A stretch of DNA of 63,994 bases, counting the filler, from Octopus bimaculoides (taxonomy: Eukaryota): the NCBI RefSeq assembly GCF_001194135.2. It is 5 parts of 5 records of this genome, joined end to end, with 100 filler letters (N's around TTAATTAATTAA, not from the genome) between each part and the next. Parts side by side here need not be neighbours in the genome. Positions count along the whole stretch, not along the records: positions 44,107 to 51,665 come from NC_068984.1; positions 51,766 to 61,658 come from NC_068990.1; positions 61,759 to 63,994 come from NC_068982.1; 2 more parts are not named here. One strand, 5' to 3'. The translations under genes were made by a program, and so were the position numbers. Of this stretch, positions 48,991 to 62,292 are shown one piece after another. Positions within the stretch are counted from its first letter, which is position 1. Every line of letters begins with the position of its first letter. The notes below the pieces were generated by a model that searched no databases, had not been told where the DNA came from, and saw nothing but the letters and a program-made list of their open reading frames with translations.

Positions 48991-50126
48991 ATACAGTACA
49001 GTTCCTATCAGTACAGGGTGTTCTACTAAAAGGGTAGGTTCTAACAAAAGTGAGACCTTAGATATATACAAAAATCAAGACCTAGAAACTGTAGCTGACA
49101 ATGAACAAGCCAGTGAAATTGAAGAAATTATTTTTTAATGCTAAATGTAATTAAGGAATGTTAACATTATAAATAAAGATTAAATTTTTATAAAATAATT
49201 GAACTTTAGCATTTTTTTTTTCTTATCTAGCATTTTTTTAGCAATTTTAGCATCTTTTCTACTGAAACTTAGCATAAAATTGTGATTTTATGTTGGCAAC
49301 ACTTCTTATGCAATCACTCGACCAACCAGAAGTCACAGCTAAGCCACCTTGTGATCATACTCTCCTATTATAAACAACAACTAAATGATCTGATACAAAC
49401 AGACACTCTTATATTAAGCAACTAGCACAAGCAAGCTCTGCAAAAGAAATCAAGTTTCAGAGAAAGCTGCTGCAACTGGATTTTGTTTATTTATTTAAAT
49501 CTTTTTTAATTTCTGTTTTAAACATCCAAGATGGCAATCCCCTAAACAGACAATAGACAGTCTGGTATATTTTATAGTAACATTCAATAAAATTTAGTAC
49601 AACTTATGATATATACTTTTGGTTAAAAACCTAATTAGAGTTCAGCTAAGGTTTGAACATATACAAAAAAAAAAAAAAAAAACTGCTTTCAACATAAAGT
49701 AGCCATTTCAAAATAAGCATTACTTGACATACAAAATAAAGCTTATGTGAAAAACTTGAATTTTGGTGGGATTTTGATTAAGGAGACAAATGAAAGAAAG
49801 AAAAGAAGAAAAGAAGAAAAAAAAAAATGAAATGCAGTAGGAAAGCTTCTTGTGTCCTTGTAAGCTTGAAGGTTATATTGGTAAGGGTATATAACAAGCA
49901 GCCAGTCAGGTTCCAAGGTACAGAGAGATCAGACAAAAAAATGCAAGTAACTGTTGGCACTTGTATGTTGAGAGCTGAATGTGGTGGGGTTAAAATGTTC
50001 ATCTTATAAGAAGTATCTTGTTACTGAAACTATGACAAATGAAAAATAGACTGAAGTAAATTGCTTCCTTAATTTTCACCAAGAGTGATTCAGTAAGTAT
50101 ACTACAGCTAATGTGTGTGTGTTTAA

Positions 50127-50347
50127 CCCTTTTGTTACCAACCCAGCTGAAACCGCCTCTGGCTCTGTAGTACAAATGTCTTGTTTTCATAAGTTTTGAA
50201 TTAAAATCTTCCACCAAACTTTAGTCACAATTTATGTTCCTAACGCTAGCTTAGTGATAACTAAGTTATTTTACTAAATTCTCTGTTATATTTAAAGTAA
50301 TTGAAAGAAACACAGAGCATCTCAAAATAAATACAGTAACGAAAGGG
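50127..50347. mobile_element. piggyBac-like MITE (221 bp)
   Basis: TTAA duplications at 50123 and 50348; TIRs CCCTTTTGTTAC / GTAACGAAAGGG. Confidence 0.8.
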
Positions 50348-51359
50348 TTAAACATACATTAGGAAAAAATCCATTGGAGAGTGTAGCTATACTAGAAGAA
50401 AACCACTCAGAGGGTAGTGTTTGTGCTTGTAATATTGATAAATTAATAAAAATAGAACAGAAACAAAAACATCTTATATCTAATTTGGAAATAATTCCAT
50501 TTTTCATTGTAAACATCAAAAATTAATTAACAGAACAAATAAATGAAATGTAAACATAAAATACTAAAAATTGTTTGTCGAACAGGAAGAAAAGAAAGAT
50601 TGTAATTTAAATGCCTTAATCAAGGATTGGAGAATACTGTATTGTGCTCTCTGGGCAGGATACGCAAGTGAGCTCATCTTACATTGCTTGACTTTGATAA
50701 GCAAACAGAGAAATCAACTACATGGCTGCCTAACCTCTGAGCAATAGTAGACAAATATTCGTCAAAAGTACATGTTAAAATGTTGTATTGTATGTGATGT
50801 AGCAGGGTTTAAATTTGGCATTGCAGACAGTAATCCAACAACAAAATGACAAAAGTACTTCTTTACTCACTCTTCATATCTGAAAACTCAATTATGTTAA
50901 AATTTGACCAGGTTTTGAATTTCTTAGAAATTGTTTATTTCTTTGTCTCTCGATGATATTTTATTGTTCCTTAAGCTTCCTAAGAAAACAAAGGTTATTT
51001 TTTTATACTCAATGTAAATGTAGACATTGAATAAACAGAATACAGAATTCAGCATAATTTTAATGTCCTCTTTTCTATGCTTGTATGGACTGGACAAAGT
51101 TTACAGAGATAAATTTTCTATGGTTGGACACCCTTCCTCTCATCAACCCTCTCCTATTCCCAAACAAAGTAATATTTCCCAATGGCCAGACATGTTTTTT
51201 TTATAGAATACTAGAAATAAATGACACTGCTTGTATAACTGTGACATAAACACACACACATTATATATAATAAGCTTATTTCAGTTTCCATCTACATATC
51301 AACTTACAAGGCTTCAGCCAAATCTGAGGCTATAATTGTGGTGCATGCGAGTGATTAGT

Positions 51360-51665
51360 AGTAAACGGCTTACCTCATCTTCCTTCCACTGCAGACATGA
51401 GTCTGTCCTGTGGTATCCTGTCCTCGTGCCTGGCCCGAACCAACGAACGCTAGAAATAGCAGCTGCCTCTCCCTCACCTAGACAATTGCATCGCACGTCT
51501 TCGCGTTGCAACGACCCTACTACAAAAGGCACGAAATCCCAATCGTGGCTCCCTCTGCCCCTCTTCCGAACGTGACCTCATCTCCTGCAATCCGGACACC
51601 ACCAAGGCGGTTGATGGCGTCTATCCCCATCATGGCATCAACCCCGTCTATCACATGTTCGATTA
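51360..51665 (-). mobile_element. RTE-like LINE RT C-terminal fragment
   Basis: ...VRERQLLF... and DWDFV.. remnants in shifted frames. Confidence 0.45.
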
Positions 51666-51946
51666 NNNNNNNNNNNNNNNNNNNNNNNNNNNNNNNNNNN
51701 NNNNNNNNNTTAATTAATTAANNNNNNNNNNNNNNNNNNNNNNNNNNNNNNNNNNNNNNNNNNNNTAAAGAGTTCAGAGAAGGTGCCTTTCTGTACTTCT
51801 TTTAGCTGTTTATGTCCTGAGATCAAATTCCACTGAAGTCGACTTTACCTCTCATCCCTCCAGGGTCAATAAAATAAAGCCCCGCACAAGTATTTGGGTC
51901 AATGGAATCGACCAGTCCCCCTGCCCCTCTGCCTAAATTAGCAATT

Positions 51947-52059
<113 letters not shown>

Positions 52060-53448
52060 AGTGTGGGAAATTGGCGATTATTAATTTTACAAGAGTGAAG
52101 TGACCGAAAATAAGGAAATCGTTTTGAGAATTTGGTGTCCATAATAGCAACATGGGGGTTCACAGGTGAAGCAGCAAAGACAACGTGAAAACATGCTTTT
52201 CAATGTGAATTACAAATTCAGCAATGAGATGTACCCTATACACCCGATATACACGGAAGAAAAATTTAAGACGAGACAACATCATAAAACACTTGCTTAA
52301 TCAACTGCCAATAAGGTTTACAATAATTTGCTATGGTAACATTACTAAAATAGAAACAGACTCCAAGAACATTGGGTTTTTATATAATTTGGCCAGGAAC
52401 GCAGGTACAGTTGGGTACATGAAAATTTGGTATGAAATCTGGAAGAAGGGTGAAGTACTAAGTACTCTGCCCCCACCCTAGGGGGACTAAAATTTAGTAT
52501 TTAGCATTTCTTTTTTTTTTTTTCTATAAACTTAAATTTATTCATACATTACTAATTTATGACTTTCCAATATCTTCTAACTTGGTGCACATACATTCAT
52601 TGCCTAATGTCTCCACTGTCTCCTTTTTATATTTTTTCTCGCATATTTTGTGACACTTTTATATGCATCTAATTTTTATGGATGAATGGATTTTCATTGT
52701 AGTAATAGAGAAAGTATTATCATTGCTTTTACTGGATTTGAATTTAAGCCATTCGTTTTCATTTTTTTAATAATGGATTACAATTTTATTAACAACATAT
52801 TTTTATTAGAAGAAAAGAAGGAAAACTGCATTAAAAGCGTAAGATTATATTATCAAGGTAAAAAAAATCTCATAACTACTTCACTAAGGAAAAAAAAGGT
52901 GGTGGAAGATTAAGCAGCAGAAGATTGGGGTGGGGAGTAATGGATTGTAAACCTCCAACCAAATGGCATTTTTACTTACACCTCACAGATATTATTGCAA
53001 AGGCATTGCTGTGGAGAATGGCCATTGACCGTCACTGCAATAGCCACCCTACCTTGCAGGGTTCATTTATCAGATGGGCCATAGTTATCCTGATTTTGCT
53101 GAGGAAATCTGTAGTATGGGATCCTAAGGAATTCAATTAATGAGTAATGTGTTAAACTTCTGTTTCGAGTCGCTTCGGCTGCAGAGTTTCCTTTTTTGTA
53201 CTCATAAAGCNNNNNNNNNNNNNNNNNNNNNNNNNNNNNNNNNNNNNNNNNNNNNNNNNNNNNNNNNNNNNNNNNNNNNNNNNNNNNNNNNNNNNNNNNN
53301 NNNNNNNNNNAACGAAGTTTGCTTTTAGAGGCGTTGAGATGTCTTAGAAAGTTACAGAAGTAATTTTAAATTCGTAAACGCAGTATAATGCTAATAATAT
53401 AACCTGAACAGGATAAACTGCCCCTATTTTGCAGAAGAAAGTGTGGGC

Positions 53449-53524
53449 GGCCAGCTATGAGACTCGAACTCACACCTCCGTGATTACGCTTCGCGGTGCT
53501 CTAGACCGATTAAGTTAAACTACC
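53449..53524 (-). pseudogene. tRNA-like pseudogene or SINE head
   Basis: GGTAGTTTAACTTAATCGGTCTAGAGCACCGCG...CGTAATCACGGAGGTGTGAGTTCGAGTCTCATAGCTGGCC: A and B boxes are present, but the acceptor stem is broken and the anticodon loop is oversized. Confidence 0.55.
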
Positions 53525-53687
53525 TCACTTAAAATGAAATAAATCCTGGAGTCGATTCATTTAACTATAAATTCCTCAAAGCTGTGCCCCAGCATGGCCA
53601 CATTCTAATGACTGGACCAAGTAAAAGATAAAAAGTATATCTATCACATATATACACACATATACATACATATATATATATATGTAC

Positions 53688-53755
<68 letters not shown>

Positions 53756-54255
53756 GGCATTACTACAGAAAAATAATGCCACATATATACGTACACATAT
53801 ACATACACACACACACACACACACACATATATCTGTGTACACATAGACATGTACATCTATATATATATACATACACATATACATACATACACACATATAT
53901 ATATACACACAAAGATATACGCACAAATACACACACACATACACATATGCACACATATATGATGGGCTTCTTTCAGTCTCCATCTACCAAATTCACTCAC
54001 AAAGCTTTGGTCAGTCATGTGGCCCTAGTAGAAGGCACTTGCACAAGGTGCTGCCAAGTGGGACTGGACCTAAGACGAAGTGGTTGAGAAGCAAGCTTTT
54101 TATCCAGATAACCAAACTTGTGTCTAAATTATAACATTTGAATACAAAGAAACAGAAAAAGAAAGTAAAAAAGTGGGGGTGGGGGGTAACGCTACAGAAG
54201 ATGTAATTAAATTTAAAAGAAAAATCAAAGAAACCTATTTTGTATATTTTCCTAG

Positions 54256-54478
54256 GTGTGCTATTCCTGGTTACGACAACGACACGTATAAAATCCAAAG
54301 TGAAATCCATAAAGAACTGATAAACGAATATATTCCAAAGAGTGAGGATGAAGGGGAGGTGGTTTATGAAAAATGTTTGATGTATTCCAATACCACAGAA
54401 AATGGAAATCGAACAACACAGAAGTGCAGCTCTTGGGTGTATGATAAAACCAACACACACACCTCAATCACCACTCAG
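54256..54478 (+). CDS. SLC22-like extracellular loop exon (CAIPGYDNDTY...CSSWVYDKTNTHTSITTQ)
   Basis: ttcctag acceptor, gtaagg donor, 223 nt, conserved Cys residues and N-glycosylation sequons (NDT, NTT, NRT). Confidence 0.92.
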
Positions 54479-55993
54479 GTAAGGTTATTTTGAAAGTCAC
54501 TTCCCACATGTAAGCTAGAATATCTATCCTATCTACCTGCCAAGGTATTTAGATCTCCACCCACCAATTCCTCTATCTATCTATTTATCTGTCTATCTAT
54601 CTATCTATCTATATATATANNNNNNNNNNNNNNNNNNNNNNNNNNNNNNNNNNNNNNNNNNNNNNNNNNNNNNNNNNNNNNNNNNNNNNNNNNNNNNNNN
54701 NNNNNNNNNNNNNNNNNNNNNNNNNNNNNNNNNNNNNNNNNNNNNNNNNNNNNNNNNNNNNNNNNNNNNNNNNNNNNNNNNNNNNNNNNNNNNNNNNNNN
54801 NNNNNNNNNNNNNNNNNNNNNNNNNNNNNNNNNNNNNNNNNNNNNNNNNNNNNNNNNNNNNNNNNNNNNNNNNNNNNNNNNNNNNNNNNNNNNNNNNNNN
54901 NNNNNNNNNNNNNNNNNNNTATATATTGGTCTTACTACCTGTCTATCTAGCGCTGAAGCCAGTTATCTCTGGCTATCCATCTCCCTACCTATCTCCTATC
55001 TACTTTTAAATTTTCTATGTCCACAAGCTTCTTATACATCCTTAGACTTTTAAGTCTTTTATATCCACGAACCAATAAAGCCTTTAAATCCGTGATCCTT
55101 TAATCCGTGACCCTTTATATCTGTGATCCTTTATATCCCCACAACCTATTACAGAAAATTAAACCTCCTTCGACTCTGCTCCCTTTTATTCTATTCTATA
55201 TCGTTTCACTTTATTTTATTTTATTTTGTTTCCCCCTCTATATTGAATCTTATCCTGTCTTATTTTATTTTATTTCTTCTCATCTTCTTCTCTGCCAATT
55301 CTACGAACAGCATTACCCTGTTATCATACTGAAATATATGAGTGTATAAATAGAAGTATATATGTGTGTGTGTGTGTTTACATACATACTTACATGTATG
55401 TATGGATGTATGTTAATGCAGTACAATCGTTTCATGCGACTCCATTTATTTAAACAATGTGAACATTACATCAAATGTAAATTGCAGAGCAAATGTAAAT
55501 GGAGTCGCATGAAACGATCGTACTGCATTAACTTTGGATATCCTTGTTGCTTATTTTGATGTTAATCACCTTATTTTGAAATTGTATGGATAATACCATA
55601 CTTATTTCTGGTGCCTAAACTGAAATACCATATTCACCTTGAATATATATANNNNNNNNNNNNNNNNNNNNNNNNNNNNNNNNNNNNNNNNNNNNNNNNN
55701 NNNNNNNNNNNNNNNNNNNNNNNNNNNNNNNNNNNNNNNNNNNNNNNNNNNNNNNNNNNNNNNNNNNNNNNNNNNNNNNNNNNNNNNNNNNNNNNNNNNN
55801 NNNNNNNNNNNNNNNNNNNNNNNNNNNNNNNNNNNNNNNNNNNNNNNNNNNNNNNNNNNNNNNNNNNNNNNNNNNNNNNNNNNNNNNNNNNNNNNNNNNN
55901 NNNNNNNNNNNNNNNNNNNNNTTTATACACACATACAGATATAAACATATACACCTATATACATGTGTTCATATATGTATATGTGTGTATATG

Positions 55994-56024
<31 letters not shown>

Positions 56025-56861
56025 TTGCTTATACAGATATATGCCTATACACATACATACATGTACACACACACCCGCACACACTTGCACACACAGCGCA
56101 CACATGCACATGCATATATGTTCTGTGCTTATAGCGTTTGAACCTGATCGCGCCATTTTTCTCTCCCCCCCCCACTCTCTCTCTCTCTCTTCCCCCCACA
56201 CTCTCTTCTACATATTCTGTTTCCTTCTTTGAACAATGTTAGTTGAGTACTTTCTATGTCAGCAAGGCAGTTGCTGTAAGAGGCAGTGTACCACTTACTT
56301 TGCAAAAAAGAGTTTAGTTCATTTGCGTTCTTTACCTTTATTACATGGCTACATTAGCTTATATACACTTCAGCAGTGCTTTCCCTACCACACAGAAGAT
56401 TCTTTGTGTGGCTATTTTCATATTGGTCACTAGACCAGCTTCTTGACAATATACAGCATTCTGGGACTGGCCACTGACAGTTGTCCTCTGATTAGTGTCC
56501 CTACAATATAATAAGTTCTGGGGTTTCATTGATACAGTTTTCTACAAAAGTACATCTTTATGGCGCAATGTATGCTGGGACTGGATATTGATCCTGGTTC
56601 CATAGCGTGAAATGTTCTGGCAATGATTATTGCTAATTTTTCCAATATAACTCCTGGGTCAGTGTAGATTCTGAGACTAATTCTTGAAAACAATCTTTAC
56701 AAAGTCCCTCCACACAAAAGATTCTGGATTAACTTCTAACAGTGGCATAAGTGCAGGAATGAAATTTGTTTAGGGGTGTGAACCCATGTCCAAAATATTT
56801 TACAAAATGCGTTCAATCATTTTTCAGTTTTAATATTGGAAGAAACATAGTTAAAATAATA

Positions 56862-56932
<71 letters not shown>

Positions 56933-57668
56933 CATCATTATTATTATTATATTTTTTCATCAGTCAAATCGGATTAATCCCATCACAGAAAATAATGTTT
57001 CAAATCAACCTAAAAATGTTTCTGTGTTCATTCGTTTTGTTGAAGAAGATTTTTTAGAGATCGTTTAAAGCGTTTTCATTGCCCCTGCACCGCCAAATTT
57101 TAGTGGCTGTACTCTCACTGTTCCCTAACCAATGAACAGTGGTCCCTCTGACAGTGGCTCCTTCCCTATTATACAATTGGGTCTGGGTGTGTCACATGAC
57201 CGTTGTTCCTACAACAAAGCCCTTTGAATACAAACTGACTATGAAAGGGGTTTCCAAGAAACAGTGTTTCTACAATTCCAAAGCATAAAATTATTATTAT
57301 CAAAATTATAAAATGTATACATTAAATAATTCTCATATTTCTCATTGCAGCTGAATCTCGTTTGCGATAATGCGATTCTGGCAAGGCACACCATTACCAT
57401 TTTCTTCATGGGTTACCTTTTTGCCATGGCTATCTGTGGAATTTTATCAGACGGGTAAGTTTTGTGTGTCATATCTGCACATTGGTGAGTGTAGTGTTTG
57501 CATTATATTTTATATTTTTGCGTATTTNNNNNNNNNNNNNNNNNNNNNNNNNNNNNNNNNNNNNNNNNNNNNNNNNNNNNNNNNNNNNNNNNNNNNNNNN
57601 NNNNNNNNNNNNNNNNNNNNNNNNNNNNNNNNNNNNNNNNNNNNNNNNNNNNNNNNNNNNNNNNNNNN

Positions 57669-57700
<32 letters not shown>

Positions 57701-57933
57701 CATCTGTGTAAGCATATGTGTGTGTACGCCTGTATTTAATCAGGTGAATTTTAAGTTTGTCTCTTCAATCTTTTTCAGATTTGGTCGCAAGAAAGTGATA
57801 ATTGTGAGTTTATTTTTGCAAGCGTCAACCGGAATAGCAACGGCCTTCATCTCCAACATTTATGCCATATATGTGTTACGTTTTCTCACTGCAGTTGGTG
57901 GTGCTGGATCATACATTCCCTCAGTTGTCTTTG
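54256..57933 (+). CDS. SLC22-family organic cation/solute transporter-like gene, partial: exons 54256-54478, 57351-57454, 57779-57933
   Basis: RCAIPG...C..WVYD...SITTQ extracellular loop, LNLVCD, LSDGFGRKK (MFS motif A) and VLRFLTAVG. The 104-nt and 155-nt exons match the conserved SLC22 exon sizes. The TM1 exon and downstream exons were not found in the window. Confidence 0.92.
55412..55532. repeat. 121-bp foldback with 37-bp inverted arms
   Basis: 55412-55448 against 55496-55532, one mismatch. Confidence 0.9.
57351..57454 (+). CDS. SLC22-like exon (LNLVCDNAILAR...GILSD)
   Basis: cattgcag acceptor, gtaagt donor, 104 nt. Confidence 0.92.
57779..57933 (+). CDS. SLC22-like exon (FGRKKVIIVSLF...YVLRFLTAVGGAGSYIPSVVF)
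   Basis: tttttcag acceptor, gtaaga donor, 155 nt. Confidence 0.92.
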
Positions 57934-58138
57934 GTAAGAAAACAACAATAAAATGCTATAAATGTCCACTTTTAAGTTTTATTCTTTATCTGCTCTCTTC
58001 CATTAGAAAGAGCCCTTTGAAGTGTTTTAATCATATCCGCAATTTTAGCTTATCTTATTACGGAAGAAATGTTACGTCGCTCTGAGTGAAAAGGAAATAG
58101 TCATGGCAAAATAGAATAGCACAGGTTACGCAAACACA

Positions 58139-58530
58139 TGCGAGATGGTATTAAAAACTTCCCGGACTACTTTTGTAGCGCGCCAACAGATGGCAGCACA
58201 CAGTTGCATGTGCAGTGAGAGCTAGCGCTTCATGAGGCAGTGCGCTAAGTAACATTGCTGTGTTTACTTCGCAAGTTGTAAAATGTGTGTTCTTTTGATC
58301 ACGTGTATGGTGTAGTCTGCACTTTTTGTCAAGGACAGGAAGTTAGAGCAAAGAGCCAACGTGAAATTTTTCGTTAAACTTGGAAAGTCTGCTATAGACA
58401 TTAAGCATGCTTCAGGAATCTTACGGTGATGAGACAATGGGCTGTACGCAATGTTTCAAGTGGCACGGATGCTTCAAAAGCGAAAGAAATCCCTGGGAGA
58501 CGATGAACGATCAGGAAGACCTGCTACAAA
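58139..58530 (+). mobile_element. Mariner-type DNA transposon left end, truncated by the PLE insertion
   Basis: TIR-like CGAGATGGTATTAAAAACTTCCCGGACT; EQRANVKFFVKLGKSA...YGDETMGCTQCFKWH..FK...DDERSGRP helix-turn-helix N-terminus. Confidence 0.85.
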
Positions 58531-58536
58531 CGTATA

Positions 58537-60930
58537 CATGTGTTTACACGAAGAAACTTTTTCATCCCTCGTATTTACTAGGTTCCCTTTCATTTTCCTT
58601 ATTTTATAGCTTTCTTCAAGGCACAATCTACAGAATTTATTGTTATTTTTGTAATAAGATGCAAACGATAAAATCATACCTAATACACAAATTTAAAGAG
58701 GAATTCCATGAATTCGAAGGATGAATATACCGGGACGATGCCCTATTCTTAGTAAGGAAAACATATCTCTATAAATAATTAAAAAAATATACATGTACTC
58801 CCACATGTACGCCCATATGTACTTCCTGTGTACCAGTACCAGTTCTACTAGAACACACGCAGAAGAAAACGGATAATTAAATTCGAATTTATTCAAAATG
58901 AGATGTGTGTGTATATATATATATATAGTGCGAGAGAGTTAGGGGCTGAGGGTTCAACCCACTAAGGGATAGTATCTATCCAAATTGATATATATATACA
59001 TACACGTACGAAACAGATATTTATATAAGCATATAGCCAAGTACAATTGCATAAATGCATACATATATCCTTTCATAGCTTACTTCAAGGCACAATCTAC
59101 AGAATTTATTGTTATTTTTGTAAGAAAGTGCAAACGATAGAATCATGCCTACTACACAAATTTAAAGAGGAATTTCCTGCATTCAAATGAGGGTTATATC
59201 GGGACGACGCCCCATTCTTAGTAAGGAACACTTCTAATAGAAAATAAGGAAATTATTAAAAAAATCTACATTTATTTTATAAAAACCAAGGGCTCTCAAT
59301 TTTTATTGAAAAAGATAATATCTCTGGAAGCTTCCTTGACGTCAACTTCAAGATTAAGATTTTTATTTACCAACCTTATCATAAACCTAACGCCAATATA
59401 AGATACATAAATGCAATGAGTAAACACCCACGCAATATTATAGAAAACCTGAGTACTAACATAGAGAGGAGAATAAATTTGCTATCATCTAACGAAGAAG
59501 TATTTAATAAACACAAAGACTGTTACAACATGACAGTTAAGAAGTCAGGATATAAATATGAAATTAAGAATAAAAAGAAGAACAACACTAGTGAAAATCA
59601 TACGAAATATAATTAGATAAAGTTAAAACTAGAGACTTAAATATCTATAAAGAAACAGTATACCCTCATAAACAAATAACGAAAACTCTCAATACTAATC
59701 ATAAATATAACAATCATGTTAAACAGGGCAATCATCCTAATAATAATGATAATAATAATATAAATAAACTTGAGCAGGATGAATACTATAACATAAATAA
59801 AATTCATAAGAATAAAAATCATAGAAATTATCACCTTTCTAACCACACTAAAGTAAATAATCCCATAAATAATGAGAGTGTAAACTCCAACTATATAATT
59901 AAAGATACTAATAGGAACATAAAGATAACAACAAATATAAACATGGATAATTAGAGTAAGACAACTAACAATAACGATAAGAATAACCAGAATAATATAA
60001 TTAATACTGATAATAATAATAACATAGTAAAAAAGAAACCAATACCATGAATGAGGAAATATAACTTTTTGAATACATATCAATGCTCAACCAAGGTAGA
60101 CAATGATAAAACCATTTGGATAATAATTCTCTTTACTAAACATTTCAAGACGAACTTTATAAAATCTATCAGAAAAATTATTAATAAAACCTTTAAAAAC
60201 ACCAGATACGCAAAAATATTTAACAATAAACATATCAGATTTAGATTTTCAGTTTCTTCCTACATTTTTTTAGGATAATATCTTCATTTAATAATAAGAA
60301 ACTAAATCAATTCTATGAAAATAAAATTTAAATAAAAACAGAACCTAGAACATAGAAAAATAATAATAAACTACATGATGTCAGAATTAGCAATATGAAT
60401 ACTCTTAATAATCACAACCCTTATAAATCAGCAAAATCTCCAAATAACACATCACCCACACATATAAATTGCAATTTCAGAGGATCAAACGCTTGTAAAT
60501 TAGACAGAGATTGTAAAAGAAATCAAAAATGTTGTATACCAAGCAACAATTATAGCACACGATTCCTCTAAGTATCATTATATCGGATGCGCACAAAACT
60601 GGGTCAAATCATGAATTTCTAACCACAAATCGACATTTAGAGACAAAAGCAAAATGAACAGTACCTGACATTCAAAACAAATTTGGCACCTGAAAAAAAA
60701 AATGAAAGATAAAGCAACAATATTGATTTCTCAATCTATTGAAACATACTATCGTTTGCAGCTTTTTACAAAAATAACAATAAATTCTGTAGATTGTGCC
60801 TTGAAGAAAGCTATAAAATAATGATAATGAAAGGGAACCTAGTAAATACGAGAGATGAAAAAGTCTTTTCATGTAAACACATGACCAAATTCTTTAGAGA
60901 AGAGAATATAGAAGAGTTCAGAATTACAAA
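58537..60930 (+). mobile_element. Penelope-like element, 5-prime truncated at RT motif C, with an inverted 3-prime-end cap present twice
   Basis: YRDDA (RT motif C) at about 58725 and 59195, FLDVNF, SKHPRNII...SSNEEVFNK...KSGY, VVYQATI..YIG (GIY-YIG), CRLCLEE..NLVN.R.E...CKH. 58537-58669 and 59075-59140 are reverse complements of 60751-60883. Confidence 0.88.
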
Positions 60931-62248
60931 TGTTACAAAATCCTTTGACCTTGTCGTAAGGGAAAGTGATGGACAGGATGAACCAATCTAAATTAGTTCA
61001 TTATTGTAAAATATTGGAAATTCTACACATGATCTTTGCCTTGAAAAAAATGTATTATATATTACTTCTAAACCAACATTATTAAATTTTATTGGTAATT
61101 TTACATTGAAATATCAAAAAGTTTGGATGACATTTAAATATTTCGATTCTTAATTATAATTGCATTTTATATATACAATAAGAATGATTTTTCTACAAAT
61201 TTTTAGTGTATTTAATATATAGATAATTAATTGTTGTGATGTAGAATCTCAATATTTCTGATTGTCGTAAGGTAGAATCCATATGTTTATTTTTATTCTT
61301 TCATTATCTACTAAAGTCACCAAAAGTAAAATACTAAATTGGCTTTTCTTAGAATATTTTATTTCTTGTTAACGTTCTTTTTGTGTGTGTTCGTGTACTG
61401 GAGAACTTTCTCCTTTTTATCATATACTTGATTCAGTCATTAGACTGCGGCCATGCTGGGGCACCTTGAAAGATTTTTAGTCGAACAAATCAACTCCAAG
61501 AATTCGTTTTTTTAAAGCTTAGTACTTATTCTATCTTATTCTAAGTTACCCGAGGAAAAACACCAACATCGGTTATCAAGCAGAGATAGGGGACAAACAC
61601 AGACACAAAGACACACACATACATAGATATATACATTCATATACATATGTATATATATNNNNNNNNNNNNNNNNNNNNNNNNNNNNNNNNNNNNNNNNNN
61701 NNTTAATTAATTAANNNNNNNNNNNNNNNNNNNNNNNNNNNNNNNNNNNNNNNNNNNNGTGCAGAGCTTAGCGAGGGAGATGCAGTGAGGCTAACGCGAG
61801 AAAAAAAAAAGTAAAGTAAAGAAAAGACAAATGTGACAAATGTATCGGCTAGGATTAAGTAGAGGTAGTATCCAGTTAGTGAACTCTGAGGAGCAGAGGT
61901 TATTTTAGTGTGATAACAGAATGAATGCCAGGTAACATCGAGTCTATTAGGGTTGGAGACTAATGTATATTAATGAATGACTTTAAGCCAATTAGTGCAA
62001 TAGTGATTTTGGTACAGTCATTTGACTAATCTTTAATGCACATATCAAAATTAATTTTAAATGATTTCATTTGGCAGCTGCTAACGCTTATACGCTACCA
62101 CCAGTGCTATGCAAAACATATGAAAGCAACAAATTGCAACCACCAGTGTACAGTATCAATTCATCGGCTCGAGACAAAAACCTCGGCTATACTCAAGTAA
62201 GTCTCATATCTTTCTTTGCATGCCTGACCTGGATGCGCGCGCGCGTGG

Positions 62249-62292
<44 letters not shown>

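Noticed and set aside
49040-49138. Acidic peptide KSETLDIYKNQDLETVADNEQASEIEEIIF* resembling a terminal exon
   Set aside because: No pyrimidine-rich acceptor, no partner exons, and it is adjacent to a PLE remnant
59637-60083. 148-aa hydrophobic Ile-rich minus-strand ORF resembling a membrane protein
   Set aside because: Antisense shadow of the Asn-rich PLE linker (AAT read as ATT)
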